Source: Basidiobolus ranarum
Taxonomy: Eukaryota
Assembly (NCBI GenBank): GCA_040143965.1
Contig: JASJQH010000075.1
Coordinates: 1-33,447, forward strand
DNA length: 33,447 bases
Direction: 5' to 3'
How positions within the stretch are numbered: the first letter of the stretch is position 1; each line of letters starts with the position of its first letter. Shown piece after piece: positions 1 to 11,585 of this stretch. Position numbers and translations under genes: made by a program. A model generated the notes under the pieces. The model saw nothing but the letters and a program-made list of their open reading frames with translations, made no database searches and was not told where the DNA came from.

Positions 1-1
1 G

Positions 2-73
2 GCTACCAAAGATGTGATCACTGGACTGAAAGAGGCCACACCCAACCTCTTGGTTTTCAACTCCAACAAATAA
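2..73 (+). CDS. 3' end (partial) of a probable S8A subtilisin / proteinase K-like serine protease
   Basis: Frame 2 reads ATKDVITGLKEATPNLLVFNSNK* (TAA 71-73). This resembles the typical fungal subtilisin C-terminus ATxxxxxxxxxxTPNLLxxN. Only 23 codons are visible. Confidence 0.6.
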   Translation, partial: ATKDVITGLKEATPNLLVFNSNK

Positions 74-660
74 GTTTTGTAAATTTGCATGAAAACATGA
101 ATAAGTCAACTTATCAATAAACATTCTAAACGCTCTAGAAGCGCTAGTTCAAAGTCTGGACGTTGTATGCAAATTATTTTATAATTGTTGAACAATAAAT
201 TTAAATATAACTCATCCTAAGAAAGACAGTGCCCAAAATCGTCGTGAATAGTACGAAAGCTCTCGCCATCATTTAAAATATTGAATACACTTCAACTAGT
301 ATTCCAGTAGTATATACGAACTCGAGGATAACAAACGGATCATGTAGAGTACAGACATCATGTTTATCGATAAACTCGCTTAAGAAAGCGACCTTTATAT
401 ACATGGTGTAATACAGAAATATTCACGCTTGTATGATTAGTGGGAATTAGGGGGGTAGGTGTGAATCTCGTACAATAAATTTGAAAAATGGAACAAGTAT
501 TAGGAAAAAATATGGTAAATTAAGGAGGGGAGGATAAGGAGGGGAGAGTATAAATTATCAAGTACAAAAGAGCATGATATTACAATTAAACACAAAATGG
601 GATGATAAGGGGAGATGTATAATACTTTGCAATTATATTGGTAAATTAGTGAAATCAAAG

Positions 661-3175
661 TTATACATCATGCTCCTCTGGAGAAACAATAACTATGTCG
701 GGTTGATCGTCCATAAAGACTGTGATTCTTTGTCGTCTGGCTTCTTCAAGTTTCGCGATGACTAAATCCGCCTCTAGGATCTCCTTATAACATTCCCACT
801 TTTGCAGCTGCAAGTACGTTTCCTTCAAACGTTTGCTAACCTCAGATGCTGTGTCTATGGCTTTTTGTTGCGTTTGTCGTTGCAGCGGCATCATTACAGA
901 CATCTGTTTTTGGAGGCGCCCATCGGCTTCAATGGCCCTTTGGCAATGTATGATACGCTCACTTAGACTGTTGATTTTACCCTATATTTGCATTCAATAA
1001 GAATTACTCATTCTAAATAACAAGCAGATAAAGAGCATCACTAACCTGTACAAGTCTACTTCTATCTCCATCAGCTTCATCAACAGCGGTGCGAACATCA
1101 GGTGCCAAAGTAGCCCCAAATTTCGGATTTTTAGAGAGTCTAGAAACTTCCTCGACTCCCCGAGGCTTTAGAGAAACAGTTTTAAATGTAGCAGCATAGT
1201 TGATATTTGCCATCCAGTCCATCATTTCATTTTCCGAATGATACCGGAATAAGTACTCACGGCCAGTTGGAGTTACCAATCTGAAGACATTTGGATAGGT
1301 ATTGTAATCTTTATCGATCAGGCAAATACAATTCTCGGTGGAAATAATAGAGTGAGGCTTAGGTGTGGATGCCAAATACTAGATTTATGTGTGTTAGTGC
1401 GGTATTTGGAATCTATATATCCACCTATTACTTACAGCTGACCCGTGTCGTCCTTTCTGTGAACGATGTCCGGGATTCTTGAACCAGTTGATATCTTGGA
1501 AGAAGATCAGCTGACTGCCACTCAACACCATCCACAGTTCTTTCCAATTTCTCCTGGTAGTTCGCTTTCCGCCATCCATCAAATCACATTTACGGCTCAC
1601 CAAACCTTCCTTGGCGCATTTCAAAATAGAAAAATCCCCGTTGTCCTGTGGTCCAGTGATGGCAAAACCTGACATAGGTCTACTAGTGATTGACCCCTGG
1701 AAATACGTTTTAACTCCTCCTACTTTAAGTTTGAAAGCTGTGCGTAAAAAGGCCTCTCGTAGAACAGACTGAGATCCGCGATAGCTATATTGCGCGCGAT
1801 CTGGCTCAAACAAACTAATCTTGGAAGCCAATACGGCAGCTGCAAATTGACTAGACATCATTTGCATCATTTTGTATGGGTTAGGAGGAGACCCTTGGCT
1901 CTTCTCCCAAACCTTTTTAAGCCATGAGGATTTCGCTGGCTTCGGTAGTTTCTTCATAAGGTCATCGGCGTAAAGAAACTGTGCTGAAGTGATGTTATCA
2001 TAAAGAATCTGTGGTCTGGTGTTATTAGAGGTCGATGCTGATAAGATTAAAGTCATAAGCTTACTGCGAGAATTTCCGGAGCTATCACATCTCCTTGCTC
2101 CAGTGTACGCGTTTGTCGTATATATTGCACCTTTGACATCTTGTGCTTAACATGCTTGTTATGAGCGTCAGTATGTAAAAGCATTAACGAAAAGGCGATG
2201 GAATAAACCACATCTGAACAAAAGTAAGTACACTGCTTGTAAATAAGAACCTTTTTCAAAAGTATGTACCTGGCGATGGGAACAGATCTGAGTTGCATTG
2301 ATGATATCTCTTTGAGAAGGCGATCATGACTCGATCTATCTGTTGAGCTTCTTTTGGCAATTGATAATCAGCTAAGAATTTTCTATTGTACAAATGGAGA
2401 TTAACAAGTGTTTCAAATCTCCTTGCTTCACATCTGCCCACCTTAATGCCATATCTATCGCCTGTCCAACGAAATTCAACTCGGACATATACCGTCGTAG
2501 GGGCTCGTCCTTCATATCATCCCTATCTCAAATATTAGCTTGCCATTCAGGACACAATCTGGTTTTATTATCAAGAATGGCTTACTTTGGAATCTGGGTA
2601 CCACTCATGTGCCCTTTTTTCACCAAGCATCTGGTGTCGGGTATATCAGCGTCGCTTATAACAGCCATCTCTTCAGACGAATCCAGCGCTGAGGAAGTAA
2701 CTGATGTATTACTAGATATGGAACCAACATCTGAGGAAACTATACAATCAGTCAACAACAAAATCTACCCAATAACCGTGTAAAAATCGTACTTACCACA
2801 ACCAGAACCAACTCCATCAGATATCAAATTGATATTATCATCGCTTGCCAAATCATCAATCTCCTCAATGGTCACAGATATTGTTACTTTAGATGCCTTC
2901 TTGTTCAAAGTATGATTATACAACTGGCCAGGAGGTAGCTTGGTGCTATGGGTAGCCACCGCAGTAGCAGTGGTCTGAGGTTGTGGGTCAAGAACTGATA
3001 TCATACTACCACCGCCAAGCTCGATACAAACTGAGCTCTGATTTTGGTTGTAGGTTCTGGTAAATGTGGTAATGGTAGTCGAAGTTTTACGAGTCAATCT
3101 AGTACTATCAGAACTAGTATTCCTGGTGTAAGGTGGTGGTGCTTCAAATAGGCGCTCTTGGTGTACTGTAGCCAT
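661..3175 (-). CDS. Sec7-domain + PH-domain Arf guanine nucleotide exchange factor (Syt1-like), 8 exons
   Basis: Exons approx. 3175-2797, 2739-2586, 2522-2442, 2382-2270, 2213-2065, 2008-1436, 1378-1046, 981-661, with GT-AG introns. Sec7 motifs [19 protein letters not shown] (glutamic finger) and [14 protein letters not shown] domain KEGLVSRK...[16 protein letters not shown]...[13 protein letters not shown]. Confidence 0.9.
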
Positions 3176-4787
3176 CTGTTAAACTCAGGAAAGACAGTGC
3201 AGTGCAAGGGTTATCCTCGAAAAATCCGTGTCGTAAACTCGCCAGGTGAAGAAAAGCAAATACACAGACAGATAAAAGAAGTGAAATATATAATAAAGCA
3301 CAGGCCAGTGAGATTATTTAGATACAAAATTGTACTAGTACGAAACAAAAAGGTTCACGGAAGTTAAAAGGAAGAGTTCAATATAAATTCTAAAGGAATT
3401 GTAGCCGTTAAAGAAAGAATAGCGGCTTTGTAACAAAAAGAAGTAGTCAAAATAAAAAGAGGGAAGATACTAAAACGTTAGCTGGAGAAAACGGGGGTTA
3501 AGGAATGCAAATTGAGATGAGGGGAAGTAAGGAAACCAGGGATCTTGCAAGGCTCTAAAGAAAACACAGGAGAAAACTAAATTTAACCTCATACAGGTTA
3601 GCGGCAGTACCACACCATCAAGTACCACATATCATATGGTCGAACATGATTCTACTGTACTTCACTGGTCGTACAACTTTAGGTGCAAAGTTACACTATA
3701 TTTCGCTAATATCACTTTGGCCAGTCACCATAACTACTGCTCAAATTACGTTCCCTAATAATGTTACCTTAAGCAATACATATTCTAACCCTAATATATC
3801 TTTTTAAACCGATGATGCTGGCCGCTCACTCACCTAACTGCTTTCTTTTAAGAGTTGCATACTTGAGTTATATATACTTCCGTATAGTAACAATCTCCAT
3901 TCAATTGTGACTAAAGATAAAGGGCTACGGGCTAATTAACGAAAATATGGGCATCAGATGTATGATTTATTATGAATCTTTCCTAGCCAGAGGCATAGGC
4001 GTCTTAATATTGCAGGCAAAAGAAAAGATACTAGGGTTAGGGCTAGACTGAAAATTCCTTAGCATCAGTTTGCATTGTTATCCGAATTGTTCTATAGAAT
4101 TCTATTTTTCTTGGGCACTTAATTGGCCTGTCATCAAAAGTGGTAAATTACCTTCCTGCTTGACTGAGTACGAATAATCAAATCTGTAGTGATGGTGTTC
4201 TGTTGTGGTGTGTTCTGTGAAATGAAATTACTGAATGTTAGCAGAATGCTAGGATTAGGGTTAGGGTGTCACACAAAAACTCCGCTGCATATATTATTTC
4301 CTCAAGTGTCCACAATGCCCAGAAATAGCGTTTTTTATGGTGCTAAGAATAGGTGCTACTGACTGAAGGTCAAAGATTGGAAGCACACTGAGTTTAAATA
4401 CCCAACTGGTGGATAAATAGTTTCCCAAATCATCTGTATATTTTATCGTCCCTGCACGTAATTTAATAGATCTATTTCTCAAGATATCGGTACTTTCTTC
4501 AATTCAAGTATGCATTTCAAAAAAGATGGATATTTTTCTCCAATTACTAGACTTCATTTGTGCAATGCTCCATTTCCAAATAATGACAAGTTCCCCGTCA
4601 ATCAACTTTATCGCATCCCCATTCTTACCGGGTTAATCTATCCCGAGTCGAGTTAGATCTTTAACCATGCGCATTACCGTCAGATGAACATACCAAAATC
4701 TCTACATCATCAGTATATTTTTCAAGTTATTCCTTCCTTTCCCCCGTTTTTGAACACACTCGTTTTTACTTCCTTACCAACATTCAA

Positions 4788-5744
4788 ATGGAGACCGATA
4801 GAGCTGAATACGTCTACTTGGCAAAGCTTGCCGAACAAGCTGAAAGATACGATGGTAGGTCTTTTTCTATTTGAAGAAAAATTTCGTGAGTTGATTGACT
4901 GGCTCGCAAATCTATCTTTCAATATTGTTCACCTTGACTTGCAGATGATTTAACCAAGGATTTTTTTTCATCTAATAGAGATGGTTGAGAACATGAAGAA
5001 GGTTGCTTGTTCCGATCAAGAACTCAGTGTTGAGGAACGTAACCTCTTATCCGTTGCCTACAAGAACGTGATCGGTGCTCGTCGCGCTTCTTGGCGTATT
5101 GTCTCCTCCATTGAGCAAAAGGAGGAGAGCAAAGGTAACGAACAACATGTTACCATGATTCGTGACTACAGAACCAAGATTGAAGAGGAGTTGGCCAAGA
5201 TCTGCCAAGATATCCTCAATGTCCTCGAAGAACATCTCGTTCCCAAGGCTACCAATGGCGAGTCCAAGGTCTTCTACCTCAAGATGAAGGGAGATTACTA
5301 TCGTTATCTCTCTGAATTCGCCACCAGCGATAAGAGAAAGGAAACCGCTGACAAATCCTTAGAAGCATACAAGTCTGCTAGCGATGTCTCCGTAACCGAA
5401 CTCGCTCCTACTCACCCTATCCGTCTTGGTCTTGCCTTGAACTTCTCCGTTTTCTACTATGAAATTCTCAACTCCCCCGACCGTGCCTGCCATTTGGCCA
5501 AGCAAGCTTTCGATGATGCTATCGCTGAACTCGATACTCTCAGCGAAGAAAGCTATAAGGATAGTACTCTTATCATGCAATTATTGAGAGATAACCTTAC
5601 ACTCTGGACTTCAGATATCCAAGATGCCGGTAAGTAAAATTTGAGTTCCATTTGAAATTTTTACTTGTTCCTAACTGGAATTATGTAGAAAACAACGAAG
5701 AGAAGGAAGAAGATGGTACTGAAGCCGATAAGGAAGAGAATTAA
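4788..5744 (+). CDS. BMH1: 14-3-3 protein, 3 exons (4788-4854, 4979-5629, 5689-5744)
   Basis: [86 protein letters not shown] and an acidic tail. Intron phases are consistent. Confidence 0.98.
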
Positions 5745-6286
5745 ATGATTGACAGTCCATAATAGTACTCCATCGAAGACCATAACGGTGCGTTGATGGT
5801 ATTCTTTTGTGAGATCTCCCTCTCTGGCTTACATCATTGTCATATTTCCATGTTTTTACCTTTACTACCTCTGTAAACCAAAAGATGATATTTCTTCCAT
5901 TTTTCTTTAATTTTATTCAATGGGTTTTTTTTGGGTAAAGTTTCACAATCCCTTCCTTCCCCCTCCCCTTTCCTCTCCACATCTCTCTTCCTTACACTTC
6001 CATCTATATTAGTTGTGAACTTTTGCCTGGTTGAATGGTTAATTACCAATTTTTTATCGGAAGAATGATTAAAAATTTAGTTACGCGTATATTTATTTAT
6101 ATCAACTTAATCTCAAGAGTTCTGTCTATTATCTCACTATGTACCTCGAACCCACTTCTTGGTTCGGCTATTCTAGGCTCTCCTAGATCCTATTTTTTTC
6201 GCCGGGTTCATTTGGTAGTGTTACCCCGAGGATACCAATTTCAAAGTTTCTTTACACTTTGACTTTTGAGGTGTTGGCTGTCAAGT

Positions 6287-7494
6287 ATGAATGTAAAATT
6301 GGGGAGAACAACTGTACGTAAGGGAAACTATGGTGATACATACAAGGAGTGGTTCAACTTCGTTGCCGAACACCAGATGGGTAAATATTCACTAAATTTC
6401 AAGTTGCTTACTTTTCTTTCATCACTAACTGTGAACCTTAGAGGTTACCTTTCTACTCATCTCGACTCTTCTTCTTGGGGACCTTCTTCACCTACCTTGG
6501 GCTTCTAAATTTGTAAGACCCTCTTATAGAGACGACCAAGGGTTTTATCATAAAGGAAAAAGTGACTTGTGCTTTGTTTTCTTTTGGACTGTCGGGTTTA
6601 CTTTTTTAAGAGCTGGAATGTCTTGGATTTTAAAGCCTATCAGTAAACATTTTGGATTAGAAAGTCCCAGTCGGACAGCACGCTTCCTGGAGCAAGGGTG
6701 GCTCCTTATCTATTATACTACATCGTTAGCCGTAGGATTGGTAAAAACACTTCTTTCAAATGAATAGAAATCATGGAAAGATTCACTAACATTTTTGTGT
6801 TCTAGTATATCAGTTACCATAGTAAATATTGGTTTGATACACGTCATTTTTGGATCGGTTATCCACACTTACATATGTCGAAGTTGACGAAATGTTATTA
6901 TTTGGCTCAGACTTCTTTTTGGTTACATCAAATCTTCGTCCTTCACACTGAGAAAAAACGTAAAGATTATCATCAAATGGTCACCCATCACGTTGTCACT
7001 TCCATGATGTTGCTGGTCTCATACTACACACATTTCACTTCCATTGGGATCATGGTGTTGTGTATGATGGACTCGGCTGATTGCGTCCTATCGGTAAGTT
7101 GACTGAGAACGTTTATCAATCCCTTCTCCCCTTCCCTTGACTAATATCCAACCGTTTACACCCTCAGTTGGGAAAGTGCTTACGTTACATTCGTTACCAG
7201 AAAGCTTGTGACACAGTATTTGGACTATTTGCTATCACATGGGGATACACCCGACATGTCCTGTATTTCCAATTTATGTGGAGTATTTGGCATGAAGCAG
7301 ATCAATATTTGTCCGTAGATTGTCGACCATTGGAAGGAAAATTCTTATGTAGAGAAATTCAATACGCTTTCCTTTTGGCATTCGCTTTGTTACAGATCTT
7401 AATGATGTACTGGTTCTCTCATATCTTACGCATCATATACTTGGTATTACGAGGTACCGGTGCTGCCGACACCAGAAGCGATTCTGAGGGATGA
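6287..7494 (+). CDS. LAG1: TLC-domain ceramide synthase (LAG1/LAC1 family), at least 4 exons (6287-6380, 6442-6740, 6806-7093, 7168-7494)
   Basis: RFLEQGW, YYLAQTSFWLHQ, the Lag1p motif RKDYHQMVTHHVVT...MDSAD, and C-terminal ADTRSDSE. Several hydrophobic helices. The spliced frame is continuous. Confidence 0.93.
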
Positions 7495-7863
7495 TCATGA
7501 TTGACTTGGATTGTCCTTGTATATCGCTCTAATATCTACATTAAAATAGACTCCTCCCCCACTTAAACATAAGAACCCGTAAACATCATCTAATAGACTG
7601 GTTTATCTCGAACGATGTATAGTGTGTGTTGTACTAGCTTCAAGCGTTTCTGTAATGAATAAGGAAGGTAGATGAGGAAGGTCTATAGAGCTATGACAAT
7701 CGAGGTGGGTGTAATGACATTCATAGGCGAATTCTTAGAGACATATCAGGGAATTATTAAAGAATTGCATGTAAAAAAGAGTTATATGTGCAAATAAAAA
7801 TGAAAATCAGTTATGAGTTTCCATAAATGCTTAATAAAGAAAAATGGGGGGGGAGTTAATGAT

Positions 7864-9489
7864 TTACTTTTGACGCTTCTTCTCCAGCAGGGCTGCTGTC
7901 TCCTCATCGTGGATTTTCTTGAGCTGTGTAACTGCCAATGATTCCACGATTGAAAATAAGAAATAACCTAGCATAACGGTGATGAGACTATTCCAGCAGA
8001 ACGATACCAAGTTTGATTTAGCCTAAAGTGTGAAGAAAGTTACAATTAATAACCACTCTGACTAACGTCAATCGAAGTCTTCATACCGGTCCTGTTTGAT
8101 GATCGGGAGAACGTTGAAATGCTTTCGTTTGCTCTCGAACGGCGCTCTCTACGATGTTATGGAGGTAGGGGAGACTTTGTTCTAGGTGACTTAAAATACT
8201 AGCAAGCGTGTCCTTTGAAAACATGATAATGACGAAAAAGGACTAAAATGATCGTCTTAGTATTACCATCAAATGGTATCTTTCAGAAATTCAAGCTCTA
8301 ACCTGAATGGCCGACTTGACAACAGCTTTCCCGAGAAAAGTGGCACCAATAAAAGTAGAGAGAGGAACTAGGAAATGCCCGCAAGTGATACCTGCCAAGT
8401 CAAACAAAGGATTGGGGATCTAAAAACAATACAGTATAAATTAACACCGGCTGTCATCTTGATTCAAACAATCCTACACAAACCGAGGCAAAAAGGAAGA
8501 TCCCAAAGAAACCAAAACGTTGCATAATCTTTTGAACATAAAGCATAACGTGTTCTTTCAATGTTACGCTTTCTGATTTTTTCTGACGCAGAGATTCAAG
8601 TGCAGCAATTTCTTCGGTTTGTTGACCAGAAAGTGCAGCTATCATATTTCAGATGCTTAGATATACGGTATTGCAATATTCATATGCAGGACTACTTACC
8701 TGCTCTGGCTACAAAATACGGGGGTAGCTCTCCTAACGCAGTACCAAGACCCCAAAAGAAGCATTCCAAGTGAACTTTGTGGAAAATTCCCAATATAGTG
8801 ATAATACCACCGGTAGTGACATCAGGACTACAGATGAAGCTGTTTTCTCCTCTAACCGCAAAATCTAAGCTACCGCATTCATATGCGGTTAAAGTAACTG
8901 AAGCAATATGTGGACCCAAAAAGAGGACAAATGTATGCAGACCAGTGCCTAAACCAATAGAAGAAGCCACGCCTAGCATAATCCAATACCCAATCCATAA
9001 AATCTCTCCTTCAATATACTGAACAGTCTGAAGATGTTTTGATAACACCACGAGAAGCAAGGGAACAAGAGTTGATTAGTTATACTTCTTTTTCAAAAGT
9101 TACACAGGACCAATTACTTACAGGTTGATGCATACCATCCAAAGTATAGAATAAATATCCAAGTACAGTCAGTGTAGTTATAAGAAATATCAAATAACCA
9201 CGGTTGAAGAAAAAGAGAAATGCGGATTTCAATTGATCCCACAAATACAGAAAGAAGTAAGAAAATACACGGAGGGGAGCAGTGTAAATGGAGAGCTGAG
9301 AACGCTCGGTTTCAAATAGTATATGTCTACTTCTAATGCATTCTATGAAAAATAGATTAAAGCATCAGTAAGCTGTATTGATTCCAACTATCGTCGATAG
9401 ATTATACCTTTCACTGAATCCAGGTGCTCATTTTCAATAGGTCTGTCACCGTTTCCGGATTTAAAAGACGAGGAGTTTTTGACACTCAT
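7864..9489 (-). CDS. VMP1: Vacuole membrane protein 1 (VMP1/TMEM49, DedA/VTT-family scramblase), about 7 exons
   Basis: [43 protein letters not shown] and [24 protein letters not shown] at 9489, stop at 7864-7866. Confidence 0.93.
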
Positions 9490-11490
9490 CAAAATTACGA
9501 GTACTGCTTGATTATCTATGTATATGTAGGGATGGTACGCTTACAAGGTTGGAATTAGAGTAAGGCTATCGATAACACTCTAGATTCAAGCAAACTTATT
9601 TTAGATTAAGATAGGTTTAGTGGTGGAAAAGTACCTCCTCAAGAAACTACAATGTGTTGTAAGGATGGCAATTCAAGGCTAATAAACTGGGTCAGGATCA
9701 AAAAAACTACGGAATTGGTCGCTTGCCAAGAGAATTCAGGTAACTAACTGCTTAATAAGATTGAGATGGTTTAATTGAGTCGAAGAAATAAAGATATCCT
9801 AAACAAGCTTGCTACGGGACATTTCACTCTGCGAGTGCCGTAGTTGTCATTGTATGTTGATCTGACAGAAATTAACAAAACCTAACAATTGAACGATTTT
9901 ACTGGCCGATGTTTATCGATCAACCAAAAGCATGTTGTTAATGGCTGTTCATTACTGATTGGCTAGGTCAGATTGAATTGTTCTTGATTGGCCGGTAAAC
10001 CTTAAGTGAATTATTGAAGTGGTTGATTGATGTCAGAATCTGCTACCCTAAATGCGATCATGATTTGGCCTTACAATCATTTAATGATGCACAACACCCC
10101 ATCTGCCTGCGCATTAACTCTTAGTTTCATAAGTGTTGGAAGTGATCACATGCCATGACAAAGCCAGACGATCGTCCGTGTTCACCCAACCCTAACCCTA
10201 GATGCCATCCAAATGCATCAGATTATCATCAACTGATGACTGAAACATCCAACCACATCTAACCCAGGGATGAAGTGTGAGTATATGTACGTCGTAACTT
10301 AATGTCACGGAAAGGGAGGGCTAAGGAGAGCGTTTGGAAAGACGAGGCGAAATCTGACTAACACTCTAAGGATTAGGAGGGTGAACTTAGGGTGAGTTTG
10401 AGGATGATCAGCGCTTAAACAACATATAACTAGCCCTAGTCCTAACCCTAATCCCCCTCACATGGTTGATGTTAGTGAGTTTAGTCAATACAAAGAAGCC
10501 GAAAGTTATATTTGTACAGTATGTATGGTATGTATGGTATATCCGCTTCTACCAGAAAATACCCCAATCGGAGGGAATGCACGTGCCGAATAGAAGGCTT
10601 TAGTAGTCACTAATCTGCTCAAAATAGGAGTAATTCGTATCTAGCCAATAACGGCCCAGCTGTGTTGAGTTTGAAAGCATCATCGCCTCTCTAGTGGCAT
10701 GAACTTTTGACAGTTTTGAGGTGGCATTTTGGTAACTGCCGTGTGTAACGTGAAATTCGGTGGTTCGGGTGAGAGTACGACTAACACAGAATTCCATCAG
10801 AAAATTTCTTACTGGCTCAAGGGTGCCGTTGCTATTTCTATCTTGAAAAATCTTTAAGCCTAAAATGGATCCCCTCTACTTGCAAATGTGGCAGCAATTT
10901 ATATAGAGTTAGTTGCTGATGATGTGCTAGTGTATATATATATTCCATGGGTAATTGGGGCTGCGCCAGGGGCATTTGCTAAGCTGGAGAGTTCAGCATC
11001 AGTGTCCAGCAATGCAGTTCCTAGCACAGTAGGCACAGAACATAGGTAGCAAGAGTGGATACAGGATCAGCAAAAGCAGTATCGTTGATTCCAGTGTGTC
11101 GGGATTATTGACTTTAGAGGAAGCAAAGTGTCAAAATCATGTCATGGCTTGGAATTCGGAACATTTCCATCGCATATGGGAGTCATGTTGATGAATTGAC
11201 ACACGTATCAAACTTCTTGGGGCCGTAGTCAAATTGTTGGGGGTTACTCCGAGTTTTGATTTATGAATCAATCTAAACTTTCCACAAATAACATGCTTTA
11301 AAGCTGTACACTACGGGTTTGACACATTGACGTTGGGGAGGGGTGCTTTGCAAGGGTACTTCGGCAACTTCCCACCCCAGGTAAAATTCCAAATTAGGTT
11401 ACGTAATCTCCATAAAAGTTTCTTAGATCACTAGTACTGTGACGTTAAACGCGAAGTGTGGTCCAGCAAAGACTATATCTTCTCTTTAAA

Positions 11491-11565
11491 GTGAATATTT
11501 TTATCTTTGAAAATTGGTTTTTTCTGTTTCGTCTTGATTGTTAATAGCTAACAACTATTTTCTAG
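11491..11565 (+). other. Putative 5'-UTR intron of KGD1
   Basis: GTGAAT donor, U-rich body, GCTAAC branch (11547-11552) and TTCTAG acceptor, ending 20 nt before the ATG. Confidence 0.55.
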
Positions 11566-11585
11566 ATAATATTATCTTTCTCAAA

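Noticed and set aside
4631-4666. Imperfect inverted repeat GGTTAA...TTAACC upstream of 14-3-3
   Set aside because: Short, with mismatches and a bulge; consistent with chance.
4942-4978. Upstream CAG acceptor in 14-3-3 intron 1
   Set aside because: It would shift the frame to a nearby stop; no evidence of use, and the TAG at 4976-4978 restores the conserved frame.
10225-10280. CTGATGA...GAAAC, hammerhead-like core
   Set aside because: No stem II between the motifs and no NUH cleavage triplet in register.
10600-11160. Short ORFs and a CAG/GCA-rich patch between VMP1 and KGD1
   Set aside because: No recognisable protein or RNA motif in the frames I read; could be a decayed relic but unsupported.
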